Positions 61,324-64,000 of a DNA stretch of 64,000 bases are shown piece after piece. Made by a program: the position numbers and the translations under genes. Numbering within the stretch: position 1 is the first letter of the stretch; each line of letters begins with the position of its first letter. The stretch is from an uncultured Gemmatimonadaceae bacterium (GTDB taxonomy: Bacteria > Gemmatimonadota > Gemmatimonadetes > Gemmatimonadales > Gemmatimonadaceae): positions 42,344-106,343 of the forward strand of contig CAWGJO010000033.1 in the NCBI GenBank assembly GCA_963822945.1, in the 5' to 3' direction. The notes under the pieces are model-generated. The model saw only the letters and a list, made by a program, of their open reading frames with translations, was not told the DNA's origin and searched no databases.

Positions 61324-63933
61324 CCGAAGCGTCGAGCGCTGCCGGCCGCCTCACCGCCGCCCTGGCCGATCGCTACCGCATCGAGCGCGAGCTCGGGCCG
61401 GGCGGGATGGCCACGGTCTATCTCGCCCAGGACCTCAAGCACGACCGCAAGGTCGCGATCAAGGTCCTCAAGCCGGAACTGGCCGCCGTGCTCGGCGCCG
61501 AGCGATTCGTGACGAGATCAAGACGACGGCCGCGCTCTCGCATCCCCACATCCTGCCGCTGTTCGACTCCGGCGAGGCGGACGGGTTCCTGTACTACGTG
61601 ATGCCGTACGTCGAGGGGGAGACGCTGCGCGACAAGCTCGACCGCGAGACGCAGCTCGGCGTGGACGAGGCGGTGAAGCTCTCCAGCGAGATCGCCGACG
61701 CGCTGCAGTACGCGCACGGGCACGGCGTGATCCACCGCGACATCAAGCCCGAGAACATCCTGCTGCACGACGGGCGGCCGATGGTGGTGGACTTCGGCAT
61801 CGCGCTCGCGGTGAGTGCCGCGGCGGGCGGCCGGATGACGGAGACGGGGCTGAGTCTGGGCACGCCGCACTACATGAGCCCCGAGCAGGCGACGGCGGAG
61901 AAGGACGATCACGGCCCGCACCGACATCTACAGGCTCGGCGCGGTGCTGTATGAGATGCTCACCGGCGAGCCGCCGCACACGGGGAATCTGCGCAGCAGA
62001 TCATCATGAAGATCGTGACCGAGGAGGTGGCGCCGGTCACCGAATTCGAAAGACGGTGCCAGGGAACGTCGCGGCCGCGGTGGGCAAGGCGCTGGAGAAG
62101 CTGCCTGCCGATCGGTTCGACTAGGCGAAGGCGTTCGCGGATGCGCTCGCGGACCCGCACTTTGCCGCCGGCGGCGCCGGTATGGACGGTGCGTCGATGC
62201 TGAGCGACGTCCGTGGCGTCCGGTGGGTGGTTCGGAATCCGTGGTGGTGGGCGACGGTCGCGGCCGCCGCGGCCGTGGTGGCGCTGACGGCCGTGCTCGC
62301 ACGACGCTCGGAGCCTGCCTCGCCACCGTGGTTCACAGCCCGGACCTTCGACGCCCGCTCGATCTTCAACGCGCGCTTCATGCCCGACGGGCAGACGATC
62401 GTGTTCAGCGGCCTGCCCGACGTGGGCACCGTGTCGCGCGTGTACGTCATCCGGCCCGACCACCCGGATCCCGTCCCCTTCGGGCCGGACTCCACGCACC
62501 TGCTCAATGTCTCCAGCACCGGCCAGCTCGCCGTCCTCACGCACGCGAGCTACCGCGGCAACCATCGGCTGTTCTCGGGCACGCTGGCGACGTTCTCCCT
62601 CGGCGGCGAGGCGCCGCACGAGGTGACGACCGGCGTGCGCGAGGCCGACTGGAGCCCGGACGGCAAGAGCATGGCCGTGATCCGCGACAGCGCCGGCACC
62701 GACCTGCTCGAGTACCCGGTGGGGACGGTCCTCGTCCGTTCCCAGGGCTACCTCTCCGATCCCAGGATCTCGCCCTCGGGAGACGCCGTCGCGTACCTCC
62801 GGCACCCCGCCAGGTTCGACGATCGCGGCTCGGCCGTCATCGTCGATCGCACGGGCCGCACGCTGGCACGGTCGGGCGACTTCCAGGGAGTCGAGGGGGT
62901 CGCGTGGCGGCCGGACGGGAAGCGCGTCCTGTATTCGTCCGCCGGGGGAGGAGGTACCGGGGTAGCCACCTTCGCGGTGCGCGAGCTCGACCGGTCCGGA
63001 CGGGACGGCTGGGCCCTCTCCGGTCCCGGCGGCCTGACGGTCCAGGATGTCTCCCGGCAAGGTCGTGTCCTGCTGACCGACGATCGCCAGATGATGGGTG
63101 TCGTCGGGCGGGGACCGGGCGACACGGACGAGACGGACATGGGCGTGCGCAATTGGTCGCAGAGGCCGGTGCTCAGCGGGGACGGCCGCTACCTGGCGTA
63201 CAGCGATGCGGGCGCGATGGGCGGTACCGACTACTCCTTGCTGTGGCGGAAGACGGATAGTTCTGCGCTGGTCCGCCTCGGCGCGGGGACTCCGATGGCC
63301 GTGGCCCCCGGCGACGGCCTCGTCCTGGCGGGCCTGCCCACGAGTCCGGCAAAGCTCATGCTCTATCCCACCGGTCCGGGCACGGCGCAGCGGCTCGATT
63401 CCGGCCAGTTCCAGACGTTGAACCTCAACGCGGCCGATGTGGGAGTGGCGGGGAGCGACACCATCGTCTTCTTCTGCGCAACAGAGCCGCGGCAGTCCGA
63501 GCGCTGCTACGTCGACTCGCTGTCCCACGGGTCCCCGATCGCGGTGACACCACCCGGAACGTCTCAGGCGATGCTCTCGCCGGACGGCCGGACGGTGCTG
63601 GCCCGGGTCGGGGACAGCGTGGCGATCTACCCGCTGGCGGGAGGCTCGCCTCGACCTGCGCGCGGAGTCCGTCCGGGAGATGTCCTGATCCGGTGGAGCC
63701 CGGAGGGACGCGAAGTCTGGGTATGGACGAATCCGAACTCGGCCTCGAGCCTGCGCTTCGATCGCGTCGATCCCCTCACTGGCGTGCGCGCGCCGCTCCT
63801 GAGCGTGGTGCCCCGTGAGCTGGCTGGAGTGCGCGGCTTCGAACGGCCGACGCTGGCGGATGATCCCCACGTGTACGCCTACAACGAGTTCCTCTACACA
63901 TCGCTGCTCTACACCGTGGACAGTCTGCGATGA
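61320..63933 (+). CDS. Ser/Thr protein kinase-TM-propeller, copy 6 (several frameshifts and a TAG in the kinase part)
   Basis: GTGA overlap; kinase motifs in several frames; intact 583-codon TM-propeller ORF 62182-63933. Confidence 0.85.
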
Positions 63934-64000
63934 CGGATGTCGGTCGCCTGGCGGCCGCCCTCGCCGACCGCTACCGCATCGAGCGCGAGCTCGGGGCGGG
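63930..64000 (+). CDS. Ser/Thr protein kinase, copy 7 (3'-partial)
   Basis: ATGA overlap; MTDVGRLAAALADRYRIERELGA matches the other copies. Confidence 0.85.
   Translation, partial: MTDVGRLAAALADRYRIERELGA

Noticed and set aside
62122..62124. Pyrrolysine or readthrough at the in-frame TAG in kinase copy 6
   Set aside because: It lies among several frameshifts and is one substitution from TCG (Ser), which fits the paralogues; no pyl genes seen
48735..64000. Diversity-generating retroelement acting on the kinase sensors
   Set aside because: No reverse transcriptase and no template/variable repeat pair differing only at adenines is visible

Overview
A very GC-rich bacterial window. Gene content (ADOP permeases with PadR, many exported peptidases, Ser/Thr kinase-PD40 fusions) suggests Gemmatimonadota or a similar soil lineage; this is inference. 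Many ordinary genes carry small frameshifts, consistent with an unpolished long-read or MAG consensus. The first ~48 kb holds secreted/periplasmic peptidases (M1, M20, M28, M14), glycosidases (GH18, GH35), beta-barrel and TonB-type outer-membrane proteins, ppsR-ppsA, two ADOP permeases, PadR, MscS, an aquaporin and Map. Three structures stand out. (1) From 48.7 kb to the window end there is a head-to-tail array of at least seven Ser/Thr kinase genes, mostly with overlapping stop/start codons. The five full-length copies pair a near-identical kinase with a TM helix and a divergent PD40/TolB-like propeller. The array follows a vapBC module and is interrupted by a deleted, duplicated remnant and two unrelated genes. 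(2) A GxxExxY (PD-(D/E)XK-type) gene is bracketed by a 52-bp inverted repeat, and a related gene-less inverted doublet lies 24 kb away, suggesting a transposase-less mobile repeat system. (3) Seven intergenic arrays of 8-bp period (GACAGTCG and variants) occur, two of which bracket a CPBP protease gene in inverted orientation. I found no rRNA, tRNA, CRISPR array or classical transposase. Product calls come from motif recognition only; no database search was run.
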